Shown: positions 30,922 through 40,747 of the stretch, piece after piece
How the letters are laid out: each line of letters starts with the position of its first letter
Numbering within the stretch: the stretch's first letter is position 1
Source: Candidatus Latescibacterota bacterium
Lineage (GTDB): Bacteria; Latescibacterota; UBA2968; UBA8231
Length of the DNA stretch: 64,000 nucleotides
Assembly: GCA_965217585.1 (NCBI GenBank)
Contig: OZ244561.1
Span: forward strand, 2,816,001 to 2,880,000
Direction: 5' to 3'
The notes under the pieces: model-generated
Told to the model about the DNA's origin: nothing
What the model saw: only the letters and a program-made list of their open reading frames with translations
Databases searched by the model: none
Position numbers and translations under genes: made by a program

Positions 30922-30995
30922 CCATTCTCCAGACGTTTGTGGTTCATTCTGACTAGATTTATAACCAGTCCGTATCCTAAAGTCAATGTAGCGAG

Positions 30996-31113
30996 TGTAC
31001 GCCAGCGGACACCCCTGTATCACCAGCGGACAGTGGCGACGAGCCGGGCAAGGAGGCGATTCGACTCATCTTCTTTTTTATCAAGGGGTTAGAAATGTGG
31101 CATATATCTTGCT
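30996..31113 (+). promoter_or_regulatory. Sigma54 promoter with two enhancer sites and an IHF site
   Basis: TGGCAT-N5-TTGCT at 31098-31113; TATCAA-GGGG-TTA IHF consensus 31079-31091; TGTA..CCAGCGGACA at 30996-31011 and 31016-31032. Confidence 0.8.
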
Positions 31114-31193
31114 ATTTCTGGAGAAAAGGCTGCGACAAGATAAGGTAGCAAATGCTATGCCCGCAAATATTCGACTTTTCAGGAGCAGGCACC

Positions 31194-33674
31194 ATGAGAA
31201 TGATCGGTAATTACTTGCAGATCGCTATCCGCATCCTGCGGCGGAACAAGCTGTTGAGTGCCATTGAAGTGTGCAGTCTGTCGCTGGCCTTTGGCTTCTG
31301 TGTCTTAGCCTATGTGCTGGTGTCGCACGAGTGGAGCTACGACCGCTTCCACGAGAACGGGGCGCACCTGTATCGAGTGGTGCTCAACTTCAAGTTGCCG
31401 GGTCGGGATCGTATAAAGCGGGGGGATGGCACTCCGGTCGCCATGGCCGAGGCGATCCAGAACGCCGTGCCCCAAGTCGAAGAAACAGTCCGATTGGTTT
31501 CCGGCCGGCACGAGAGCTTGGACATGCGGCGAATTCGCGTGCGGCTAGGCGATACGTGGAACGACGAGCCGTTTTTGCTGGTCGATGAGAATTTCTTCGA
31601 GGTATTCACCTTCCCCTTTGAAGCGGGTGATCCGCGATCGGCCCTGAAGACAAAAGATGGCGTCGTCGTCAGCAGCACCTTTGCCCGCCGCTACTTCGGC
31701 GACGAGCCAGCGGTGGGGCAAACCGTGCGGATCGATGTGGGGTGGCCCAAATCCGAGCGCAAGGAATACACTATCCAAGCAGTGGTTGCCTCGCCGCCGG
31801 CCAACTCGTCGATCCAATTGAATATCCTGTTGCCTCTTCACAACGCGGAGATCCTGTGGCGCTGGATTGATCGCTTCTGGGATAAAAGAAAATGCACTCT
31901 ATTCGTCCGGCTGGGGGAGGACGCCAACGAGGGCGATCTGAAGCAGGCCGAAGCACTGATAAGGCAGTTGTATATTGAAAACGTACCCGGTTTCAGCGAC
32001 CAAATGGCGGCCTACAAGGGGGAGTTTAGCGTGGAGTTGCAACCCCTGTCGGCTCTGCACACGGATCCCGACGTGACGCAGGGGAAAGGATACGACGGCA
32101 TCGCACCGCCGCGCGAGCCCTTAGAAACCTATATCGTCTTAGCCATCGCCGTGCTCCTGCTCGCTGTGGCCGTGGTCAACTACGTCAACTTGGCCACCGC
32201 CCGGGCAAGTGCTCGGGGCCTAGAAATCGGGGTGCGCGTCGCCTTGGGAGCCACGCGTCGGCAACTGCCGGTGCAGTTCTGGATGGAGACGATGGTGGTA
32301 TGTGGCGTGTCGCTGCTGATCGGCTTGGGTCTCGGCGGGGTCCTGCTGCCGGCGTTCAACTCGGTGTTGGGGCAAGACCTGCGTCTCGACTATACAGACC
32401 CCTCCTTCATTATTGGCGGGTTGGTGCTGTTGGTGCTGACTAGTCTGCTGGCCGCCGCCTATCCGGGCTTGGTTATGGCGCGGATCAATCCCAGCGAGGC
32501 CGTGCGGGGCACCAGCCTGCTCAGCCGTCGGTCGGTGCTGGGCAGTGCCTTGGTGATGGTGCAGTTTGCCGCCTGCGCTGGGCTGGCGGGTATGAGCTTG
32601 GTGATGGCTCGTCAACTGCACCATCTACAATCATTCGATCTGGGCTTTGCACCCGACGATGTGCTGATGCTCAGAATTGACGAGTTGTCGGGGTACGTCA
32701 ACAGCACACAGCAGCAGCAGCTCAAGGAGGGGTTGCTCGCCCATAGTGGAATCAAGGCGGTGGCTACGAGTAAGGACCATTTCTTAGAGGCGGAAACGCC
32801 GTGGCTGCCAAAGACGACATTGCCCGGTGAGGATCGCACCATCCGGGCGCAATGCTTGCGCGTGGGGCCGCACTTCGTCGAGACGCTCGGCCTCCAACTA
32901 GTACAAGGCTCAGATTTGGGGTCGGTCCAAGCGGGCATCTTGGTCAATGAGACCTATGTCGCTCGAGCCGGTTGGGATCAACCCATCGGCCAAGTCGTGC
33001 AGTTTACTAAATATCTAGGCCGTCGTTTGCCCAATAGAGAGGGCCGCGTCGTAGGTGTGCTGAGCGATTACTACTTCTATTCGTTGAAAAGCGGCGTCGA
33101 ACCGGGTGTGTTCTTACCCGACTCCAACATAAGAGATCACGACTTGCTGTTCGTGCGCCTCGATCCGAGGGCCGGCCACGAGGTGATTGAGCACATCGAG
33201 CGCGAGTGGAAAGCCGTCGCCCCAGACGGCGTGCTGTATCTGTCCTGGCTCGAAGACCACTTGGCCGCTTACTACCGAGACGACATAGTCTGGCTGCGGA
33301 TCGTCGGCGGGTCGGCTCTCTTGGCCGTGTTCATCGCGGCGCTGGGAGCCTATGGTCTGACGGCGATCACGGTGTCCCATCAGCGGCGCAACATCGCCTT
33401 CATGCGGACCTTGGGCGCTCAGGGTCGGCATGTGGCCGGCCTGTTGGCGCGGCGGCTGTTGTGGCTGGTGCTGGCGGGGTGCCTGCTGATAGGGCCCTTA
33501 GCACACTTGGGTGTCGAAGAGTGGCTGAGCCAGTTTTCGCAGCGGATAGACGATGGCTGGGTGTTCCTAGGCTTGGGAAGTTTGGCCGCGGCGGCCACGG
33601 CCTGCGCGGGCGTATTGTTGCACACAGTGGCCCTTATGCGGGAACCGCTCACCAAAGGCTTGCAGAGCGAGTAG
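31194..33674 (+). CDS. ABC permease, duplicated MacB/FtsX type (copy 1, divergent)
   Basis: SYDRFHEN, NYVNLATARASARGLEIGVRVALGA, two periplasmic plus TM modules. Confidence 0.9.
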   Translation: MRMIGNYLQIAIRILRRNKLLSAIEVCSLSLAFGFCVLAYVLVSHEWSYDRFHENGAHLYRVVLNFKLPGRDRIKRGDGTPVAMAEAIQNAVPQVEETVRLVSGRHESLDMRRIRVRLGDTWNDEPFLLVDENFFEVFTFPFEAGDPRSALKTKDGVVVSSTFARRYFGDEPAVGQTVRIDVGWPKSERKEYTIQAVVASPPANSSIQLNILLPLHNAEILWRWIDRFWDKRKCTLFVRLGEDANEGDLKQAEALIRQLYIENVPGFSDQMAAYKGEFSVELQPLSALHTDPDVTQGKGYDGIAPPREPLETYIVLAIAVLLLAVAVVNYVNLATARASARGLEIGVRVALGATRRQLPVQFWMETMVVCGVSLLIGLGLGGVLLPAFNSVLGQDLRLDYTDPSFIIGGLVLLVLTSLLAAAYPGLVMARINPSEAVRGTSLLSRRSVLGSALVMVQFAACAGLAGMSLVMARQLHHLQSFDLGFAPDDVLMLRIDELSGYVNSTQQQQLKEGLLAHSGIKAVATSKDHFLEAETPWLPKTTLPGEDRTIRAQCLRVGPHFVETLGLQLVQGSDLGSVQAGILVNETYVARAGWDQPIGQVVQFTKYLGRRLPNREGRVVGVLSDYYFYSLKSGVEPGVFLPDSNIRDHDLLFVRLDPRAGHEVIEHIEREWKAVAPDGVLYLSWLEDHLAAYYRDDIVWLRIVGGSALLAVFIAALGAYGLTAITVSHQRRNIAFMRTLGAQGRHVAGLLARRLLWLVLAGCLLIGPLAHLGVEEWLSQFSQRIDDGWVFLGLGSLAAAATACAGVLLHTVALMREPLTKGLQSE

Positions 33675-33732
33675 GAAAGGCCGACAGAGAAGGAATCAAT
33701 GAGGTCATAACAAGACAAGGACGCGATTAGCC

Positions 33733-35085
33733 ATGCCCGCAAATATCCAAGTTTTCTCCAAAAAGCGCGCCACCGCTGCTGAGCCTGACCCCGGCAGCAC
33801 CCGTCCCGGCGGCGGCGTTGGCATGGACCGCAAAATCGAAAAGCCGCGGTTCACGCCCAAGCGCATCGCTATAGGCGCGGCTGTTTTGCTGTTGGGCGGG
33901 CTATTCGGATACGCCCTGCTCGCGGATTTCGGGGTGCGCAAACTGAATGTGGATCGCGACCGGCTGACGATCTCGATGGTCGAGTTCGGCCCGTTTCAGG
34001 AATACATCCCCGTGCGCGGTACGGTGCTGCCGCTGCACACCGTGTACCTCGACGCCCTAGAGAGGGGCCAAGTGGAGCAGGTGTTCGTCGAAGAGGGGGC
34101 CTCCGTGGCCGAGGGCGATCCACTGCTGCGGCTGGCCAACCCCGATCTGGAACTGACCGTCCTGCAACAGGAAGCCGAACTCGAGCGCAGCCGGGAGGCG
34201 TTGCGCTATGGCCGGCTGACCATGGAGCAGGAGTTGCTGCGCTCGCGGAAAGCACTAATGGAGATCGAGTACCAGCTAGCCATCAACAAGCGCAACTTCG
34301 AGCGCTACGAGCGCCTGTCGACGGAAGATTTGACGGCCATTCTGTCTCGGCAGGAGCAGGAGCGGCTGCGCGACGAGTACCAGTACAGCGTCCGCCGCAT
34401 GGCCCTGACCGAGGAGACCCAGACCCAGGACTCGCTGCTGGCGGCGAGCAAGGTGGTGCAGCTCGTCTCGGCGGTGGAGCGCATGGAACGCAATCTGGAA
34501 ATCGTCGGCCGCCGGCTCGACAATCTGACGGTGCGAGCCCCCGTGCCCGGGCAGCTAACCACGCTGAGAGCGGAGGTCGGCGAGAGCAAGGGAACGGGTG
34601 TGCGCCTCGGCCAGATCGACATGATCGACGGCTTCAAGGTGCGCGCCGCCATCGACGAGCACTACATCGACCGCGTGGGCCGGGGGCAGCGCGGCCAGTT
34701 CGACAATGGCGACGAGCCATACAGCTTGGTAATCCGCAAGGTCTATCCAGAGGTAAAGGAGGGCCGTTTTGAGGTTGATCTGATATTTGAGGGAGAAGAA
34801 CCCGAGGGCATCCGGCGCGGCCAGACCCTGCACATCCGCTTGGAGTTGGGCGATCTGGATGAAGCAATGCAAGTGGCGCGGGGCGGGTTCTATCAAGCGA
34901 CCGGAGGCCACTGGGCCTATGTGCTCGACGCTGCTGGCGACCGGGCCACGCGGCGCTCTATCGCACTGGGACGCCAGAATCCCCGGGTGTACGAAGTGCT
35001 GGAGGGGCTTGAGCCGGGTGAGCAGGTGATTACTTCGAGCTACGAGACCTTTGGCGAAGACATGGACATGTTGGTATTGCGCTAG
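33733..35085 (+). CDS. HlyD/MacA-family periplasmic adaptor
   Basis: MDRKIEK, single TM, lipoyl halves (VEEGASVAEGDPLL; VRAPVPG), coiled coil, GLEPGEQVITS; alternative start at the MDRK Met. Confidence 0.9.
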   Translation: MPANIQVFSKKRATAAEPDPGSTRPGGGVGMDRKIEKPRFTPKRIAIGAAVLLLGGLFGYALLADFGVRKLNVDRDRLTISMVEFGPFQEYIPVRGTVLPLHTVYLDALERGQVEQVFVEEGASVAEGDPLLRLANPDLELTVLQQEAELERSREALRYGRLTMEQELLRSRKALMEIEYQLAINKRNFERYERLSTEDLTAILSRQEQERLRDEYQYSVRRMALTEETQTQDSLLAASKVVQLVSAVERMERNLEIVGRRLDNLTVRAPVPGQLTTLRAEVGESKGTGVRLGQIDMIDGFKVRAAIDEHYIDRVGRGQRGQFDNGDEPYSLVIRKVYPEVKEGRFEVDLIFEGEEPEGIRRGQTLHIRLELGDLDEAMQVARGGFYQATGGHWAYVLDAAGDRATRRSIALGRQNPRVYEVLEGLEPGEQVITSSYETFGEDMDMLVLR

Positions 35086-35112
35086 CAATGCCCTAAACAA
35101 GGAGCAAAAATC

Positions 35113-35847
35113 ATGACCGAACACGCACCGAACACTGAAAACGGCCACGCACCCCTGATCCGTACCGTCGGGCTGTGCAAGCTGTACACGACCGAGGAGG
35201 TGGAGACGACCGCCTTGGACAACGTCAACCTCGAAATCGCCGAAGGCGAATTTGCCGCCATTATGGGGCCGTCGGGCTGCGGCAAGTCAACGCTGCTCAA
35301 TCTGCTCGGCCTGCTCGACAACCCGAGCGAGGGAGAATACTGGCTGCTGGACGAGGAGGTAGCGACCTACTCGGAGCGCCTGCGGGCAAATCTGCGCAAG
35401 GGGACGATCGGCTTTGTCTTTCAGTCGTTCAACCTGATCAACGAATTGACGGTACACGAGAATGTCGAGTTGCCTCTGCTCTACATGGGTATGCCGGCTA
35501 CGGAGCGCAAGCAGCGGGTGCGGTCGATCCTCGACCACATGCAGATCACCCACCGCGAGAAGCACTTTCCGCTCCAGCTTTCCGGCGGCCAGCAGCAGCG
35601 CGTGGCCGTGGCGCGGGCCTTGGTCGCGGAGCCGAAGCTGGTGCTGGCGGATGAGCCGACCGGCAACCTCGACTCGCGTCACGGCGACGAGGTCATGGAG
35701 ATGCTCACCGAGATGAATAAAAACGGCACGACGGTGGTGATGGTGACGCACTCGCCGGCCTACGCCGACTATGCGCACCGGATCATTCACCTGTTTGACG
35801 GCAAGGTCGTGAGCGAGAACATCGAGCGGGACCAGGAAGCGTCGTAA
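35113..35847 (+). CDS. ABC ATP-binding protein (LolD/MacB-like)
   Basis: [32 protein letters not shown]. Confidence 0.95.
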   Translation: MTEHAPNTENGHAPLIRTVGLCKLYTTEEVETTALDNVNLEIAEGEFAAIMGPSGCGKSTLLNLLGLLDNPSEGEYWLLDEEVATYSERLRANLRKGTIGFVFQSFNLINELTVHENVELPLLYMGMPATERKQRVRSILDHMQITHREKHFPLQLSGGQQQRVAVARALVAEPKLVLADEPTGNLDSRHGDEVMEMLTEMNKNGTTVVMVTHSPAYADYAHRIIHLFDGKVVSENIERDQEAS

Positions 35848-35872
35848 GCACTACGAGACGAAAGGAACCATC

Positions 35873-38266
35873 ATGCTGGGCAACTACCTGACGACGGCGC
35901 TGCGGCTTCTGTGGCGGGAGCGCGGCTACGCGGCGATCAACATCTTCGGCTTGGCCATCGGCTTTGCCCTGTGTCTGCTGATCGTCCAGTTCTCCGCCTA
36001 TCAACTCGTGATTGGCGACTTCCACGAGAAAAAAGACCGGGTTTACCGCGTGCTGGGACCAAATTTTTGGACACCTGGGTACACGGGAGCACTGCCAATA
36101 CCTCTGGGGCCGGCCCTTGAGGAGCAACTGCCCGAAGTCGAAGAGGCGGTCCGCTTCACTGCGAGTTGGCCGAGTCTGCTCCGGGTCGGGTCCAAGGACG
36201 GGATCTCCGAGAAAGTGCTGACCGCGGAAGCAGGCGTTTTCGACGTGTTTAGCTTGCCGCTCCTGCGCGGCGACCCCAAGACGGCCCTGACGCGCCCCTA
36301 CACCATGGTGCTGACCGAGCCGCTCGCCCGTCGGCTGTTCGGCGAGAGCGATCCCATCGGACAGGTCGTCCGCTACGAAGAAAAATTTGATTGCGAGGTC
36401 ACCGGCATAGTCGGCCAGCCACCCACCAGCTCGTTGCTCCAGTTCTCGGCACTGCTCTCTTTTGCAACAGAGTACAAGGAGACCCCGGGAATGATGGCGT
36501 CTGGTTGGAACGCTTCAGCCTTCACGACCTTCGTGCAGCTAACGCCCGGTGCCGACCCGGCTGCGGTAGCCGGGCGCATCCCCAGTATTGTCGAGGCGAA
36601 CAGGGGGGTATCAGACGCTGATAGGGCCGAGGCGATCACAGGATCGCGAGAGACTGCTTTTTCCTACGCACTGCAACCCTTGAAATCGATCTACTTCGAC
36701 ACCGAGGTGTCCAGCAACATTGGCCCGAGTGGCAATCCCCTCTACTTGACGCTGTGCGCCATCTTAGCAGCCGTGATTCTGACGATCGCCGGGGTCAACT
36801 ACGTGAACTTGGCGACGGCGCGGGCCGGGCGGCGGACTCACGAGATCGGCGTCCGCAAGACCCTCGGCGCACATCGCGGCCAGCTCATTGGCCAGCTCCT
36901 GAGCGAGTCGGTGCTGTTGAGCGCTGGGGCGACCGTGCTGGGCGTTGCCATGGCCGAGGGTGTGATTCTGCTCATACCCGTGATTACGGGATTCGATTTT
37001 GAATTGTCCTTTCTGCGCTGGACCCTCCCGGTCTGCGCCGGGGCTGTGGTGCTGGCGGTGGGGGTCGGGTTGGCCGCGGGTGCGTACCCGGCGTGGGTAG
37101 TGGCGCGCTTTCAGCCGGCGACTGCGGTGCGCGGGGGCCGCGTGGGCGGTGCGCGTCTGCGCCGAGGTTTAGTGGTGGCGCAGTTCACGGTCACCGCGGC
37201 GTTGATGAGCATGACGCTGCTGATATGGCACCAGCTCGATTACGTCCAAAACCTCCTCCGCGAGGACTCGGCCTTGGGGTTCGAGCCAGAACAGGTAGTG
37301 GTGATCAGGAATAGTGCTTTGAGCATAGATCGCGCCCGAACCTTCAAGACGGAGTTGCTTCAAGACAGCCGCATTGCTGCGGTGAGTCTCGCTGCGACAG
37401 TGCCTGGTGAAGGTTCGAGTACGAAGTACGGCGTCAAGCCAGAGGGCGTGGAAGATCAAGTAATGATGAGAACTTATGGCGTGGATGGCGACTTCGTCGA
37501 AATCATGGGCTTGCGCATGGCCGAGGGACGCGATTTTACCGACGAAGCGACCGGCGCAGTTGTCATCAACGAGACCGCGATGCGGATGTTGGAGTGGACC
37601 GAACCGCTGGGCAAGAGGATTGCCGTCGGCGGTCAGGACCTGCGCGTCGTGGGCGTGATTGCGGACTTCCACTTCGACGGTCCGCACCGGAAGGTAGAGC
37701 CCCTGATCATGGTGCCGGTCGCCCACTGGTCGAGCCTCATTATCGTGCGGGTGCAACCCGGTCATCTCGACGCGGCCCTCAAAATGATTGACGCCAAGTG
37801 GGAGGCGGTCGCACCCTACCGCCCCATCCAGCGTCAGCCTCTCGAAGAGGTCTTCGCCGGGCTTTATTTTCAAGAGTTGTTGATAGGACGCGCCCTCACG
37901 GTCTTCCTCGTTTTATCTCTCGTCGTCGCCTCAATAGGACTTTTCGGCATGGCGGCACACGCCGCTCAAGAGCGCACGAAGGAGATCGGCATCCGCAAGG
38001 TGTTCGGCGCTTCCCCCGGCGGCCTCACTGCCATGCTGCTGCGCGACTTTGCCAAGCCCGTTGCCATCGCCTTCCTCCTCAGCGTGCCCATCGCCTATTG
38101 GTTGGCTAACCAATGGCTGCAAGACTTTGCCTATCACGTGGAAGTCGGCGTGGGCCTGTTCTTGGTGTCGGGAGCCCTGTCCTTCGCCATCGCTGGACTG
38201 ACGGTGGGCCATCAGGCGATGCGAGCGGCCCTAACCAATCCGATAGACACGCTGCACACTGAATAA
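35873..38266 (+). CDS. ABC permease MacB/FtsX type (copy 2)
   Basis: NYVNLATARA..R..EIGVRK, ERTKEIGIRKVFGA, AALTNP. Confidence 0.92.
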   Translation: MLGNYLTTALRLLWRERGYAAINIFGLAIGFALCLLIVQFSAYQLVIGDFHEKKDRVYRVLGPNFWTPGYTGALPIPLGPALEEQLPEVEEAVRFTASWPSLLRVGSKDGISEKVLTAEAGVFDVFSLPLLRGDPKTALTRPYTMVLTEPLARRLFGESDPIGQVVRYEEKFDCEVTGIVGQPPTSSLLQFSALLSFATEYKETPGMMASGWNASAFTTFVQLTPGADPAAVAGRIPSIVEANRGVSDADRAEAITGSRETAFSYALQPLKSIYFDTEVSSNIGPSGNPLYLTLCAILAAVILTIAGVNYVNLATARAGRRTHEIGVRKTLGAHRGQLIGQLLSESVLLSAGATVLGVAMAEGVILLIPVITGFDFELSFLRWTLPVCAGAVVLAVGVGLAAGAYPAWVVARFQPATAVRGGRVGGARLRRGLVVAQFTVTAALMSMTLLIWHQLDYVQNLLREDSALGFEPEQVVVIRNSALSIDRARTFKTELLQDSRIAAVSLAATVPGEGSSTKYGVKPEGVEDQVMMRTYGVDGDFVEIMGLRMAEGRDFTDEATGAVVINETAMRMLEWTEPLGKRIAVGGQDLRVVGVIADFHFDGPHRKVEPLIMVPVAHWSSLIIVRVQPGHLDAALKMIDAKWEAVAPYRPIQRQPLEEVFAGLYFQELLIGRALTVFLVLSLVVASIGLFGMAAHAAQERTKEIGIRKVFGASPGGLTAMLLRDFAKPVAIAFLLSVPIAYWLANQWLQDFAYHVEVGVGLFLVSGALSFAIAGLTVGHQAMRAALTNPIDTLHTE

Positions 38267-38280
38267 CCTAGTCATTTATC

Positions 38281-38310
38281 CGTAGGGGTGGTTCGCGAAC
38301 CGCCCCCACG
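38281..38310. repeat. GTAG-type REP-like palindrome
   Basis: CGTAGGGGTGGTTCGCGAACCGCCCCCACG hairpin in the intergenic region. Confidence 0.55.
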
Positions 38311-38327
38311 ACGCGAAAGGAACTATC

Positions 38328-40715
38328 ATGCTGGGCAACTATCTGACGACGGCGCTGCGCCTGCTGTGGCGGGAGCGCGGGTACGCGGCGATCAACATCT
38401 TTGGACTGGCCATTGGCTTGGCTCTATGCCTGCTGATCGTCCAGTTCTCCACCTATCAGCTCTCCGTTGGCGACTTCCACGAGAAAAAAGACCGGGTTTT
38501 TCGCGTACTGGGACCAAACTTTCGGATTGCCGAGGACGGAGAAATGGTGAGTGCCGGGCACGGAACAAGTGTGCCAATAGAGTTGGGACCGACCCTCAAA
38601 GAGCAACTGCCCGAAGTCGAGGAGGCGGTTCGCTTCAGTTCGAGGAGGCCGATTCCGCTCCGAGTCGGGGACAAGGACGCGATCTCTGAAGAAGTGCTGA
38701 CGGCGGAAGCCGGCGTTTTCGACGTGTTCAGCTTTCCGCTCCTGCGCGGCGATCCCAAAACGGCTCTGACCCGCCCCTACACCATGGTGCTGACCGAGCC
38801 GTTGGCCCGTCGGCTTTTCGGCGATAGCGATCCCATCGGACAGGTCGTCCGCTACGGCGAAAGATTCGATTGCGAGGTCACTGGTATCGTCGGCCAGCCG
38901 CCCGCTAGCTCGTTGCTCCAGTTCTCGGCGCTGCTCTCCTTTGAGACGGAGTACGAGGAGAGTCGGGCCATGATGGAAACGAGAACCGCTAGGGCCTTCA
39001 TCACCTTCGTGGAGCTAACACCCGGTGCCGACCCGGCTGCGCTAGCCGTGCGCATCCCCAGCTTCGCCGAGAAGATCACGGGGATGCCCGAACCGCCCGG
39101 TTCTTCCTACATGCTACAGCCCCTCGAAGCGATCCGCTTTGATGCGGAAGTGCCCAACAACCTCGGCCCGACTAGCAACCCCATGTACTTGGCGGTGTGC
39201 GCCATCTTAGCCGTGGTAATTCTGACGATCGCCGGCGTCAACTACGTGAACTTGGCGACGGCACGAGCCGGGCAGCGGACGCACGAGATCGGCGTGCGCA
39301 AGACCCTCGGTGCTCATCGCGGCCAGCTCATTGGCCAACTCCTGAGCGAGTCGGTGCTGTTGAGCACTGCGGCGACAGTCTTGGGCACGGTCTTAACAAA
39401 GGGTTTGGTTCTGCTGGTACCCGTGATTACGGGATTCGATATCGAGATACCTTTTCTGGACTGGACGCTCTCGGCCTGCGCCGGGGCTGCAGCGCTGGCG
39501 GTGGGGGTCGGATTGGTCGCAGGCGCGTACCCGGCTTGGGTCGTGGCGCGCTTTCAGCCGACGGTCGCCGTGAGCAGGGGCCGCGTGGGTGGTGCGCGTC
39601 TGCGCCAAGGCTTGGTGGTGGCGCAGTTCACGATTACCGCGGCGTTGATGACGATGACGCTGCTGATATGGCACCAAATCGATTTCATCCAAAACCTCGC
39701 CTTTGAGAACTCCCCCCTAGAGTTTGAGCCGGAACAGGTGGTCGTCGTCCACAACCACGGAATGACCGGGGATGAAGCCCAAGTTTTTAAGACAGAGCTG
39801 CTTCAGGACAGCCGCATCGCCGCGGTGAGTCTCGCTGAGACCGTACCTGGTGCGTTTTCGGAGGTGTCGTACAGTGCCGAGCCAGAGGGAGCCGGGGAAG
39901 TAATGATGAGAGTGTATGGCGTGGATGGCGACTTCGTCGAAATCATGGGCTTGCGCATGGCCCAAGGGCGCACCCTGACCGACGATCCGGCCGATGACCG
40001 AGCTATCGTCATCAACGAGGCCGCTGTGCAGATGCTGGGGTGGGAAGAACCGCTGGGCAAGATGATCTACAACTTCAAAGGCCAAAACTGGCGCGTCGTG
40101 GGCGTGATTGAGGACTTCCACTTCGACGGCCCGCACCGGAAGATACAGCCGCTGCTCATGGGACCGGTCACTGGCTGGGTGGGCGTCATTATCGTGCGGG
40201 TACAGCCCGGGCACCTCGACGAAGCCCTCAAGGTAATCGACGACAAGTGGGCCGCCGTTAAGCCCTACCGCCCCATCAAACGCCAACCCCTCGAAGAGGT
40301 CTCCGCCGGGTTTTACGCACAGGAACTGTTGATAGGACGCGCCCTCACGGTCTTCCTCGTTTTATCGCTCGTCGTCGCCTCGGTAGGGCTTTTCGGCATG
40401 GCGGCACACGCCGCCCAAGAGCGCACCAAAGAGATCGGCATCCGCAAGGTGTTCGGCGCTTCTCCTGGCGGCCTCACCGCCATGCTGCTGCGCGATTTCG
40501 CCAAGCCCGTTGCCATCGCCTTCCTCCTCAGCGTACCGATCGCCTATTGGTTGGCTAACCAGTGGCTGCAAGACTTTGCCTATCACGTGGAAGTCGGCGT
40601 GGGTCTGTTCTTGGTGTCGGGCGCTTTGTCCTTCGCCATCGCCGGGCTGACAGTGGGGCACCAAGCGATGCGAGCGGCGCTGACCAATCCGATAGAAACG
40701 CTGCGCACCGAGTAG
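38328..40715 (+). CDS. ABC permease MacB/FtsX type (copy 3)
   Basis: Same motifs; close paralog of copy 2. Confidence 0.92.
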   Translation: MLGNYLTTALRLLWRERGYAAINIFGLAIGLALCLLIVQFSTYQLSVGDFHEKKDRVFRVLGPNFRIAEDGEMVSAGHGTSVPIELGPTLKEQLPEVEEAVRFSSRRPIPLRVGDKDAISEEVLTAEAGVFDVFSFPLLRGDPKTALTRPYTMVLTEPLARRLFGDSDPIGQVVRYGERFDCEVTGIVGQPPASSLLQFSALLSFETEYEESRAMMETRTARAFITFVELTPGADPAALAVRIPSFAEKITGMPEPPGSSYMLQPLEAIRFDAEVPNNLGPTSNPMYLAVCAILAVVILTIAGVNYVNLATARAGQRTHEIGVRKTLGAHRGQLIGQLLSESVLLSTAATVLGTVLTKGLVLLVPVITGFDIEIPFLDWTLSACAGAAALAVGVGLVAGAYPAWVVARFQPTVAVSRGRVGGARLRQGLVVAQFTITAALMTMTLLIWHQIDFIQNLAFENSPLEFEPEQVVVVHNHGMTGDEAQVFKTELLQDSRIAAVSLAETVPGAFSEVSYSAEPEGAGEVMMRVYGVDGDFVEIMGLRMAQGRTLTDDPADDRAIVINEAAVQMLGWEEPLGKMIYNFKGQNWRVVGVIEDFHFDGPHRKIQPLLMGPVTGWVGVIIVRVQPGHLDEALKVIDDKWAAVKPYRPIKRQPLEEVSAGFYAQELLIGRALTVFLVLSLVVASVGLFGMAAHAAQERTKEIGIRKVFGASPGGLTAMLLRDFAKPVAIAFLLSVPIAYWLANQWLQDFAYHVEVGVGLFLVSGALSFAIAGLTVGHQAMRAALTNPIETLRTE

Positions 40716-40747
40716 CGCACACCCATTGCATGAGAGGAGACGCCATT

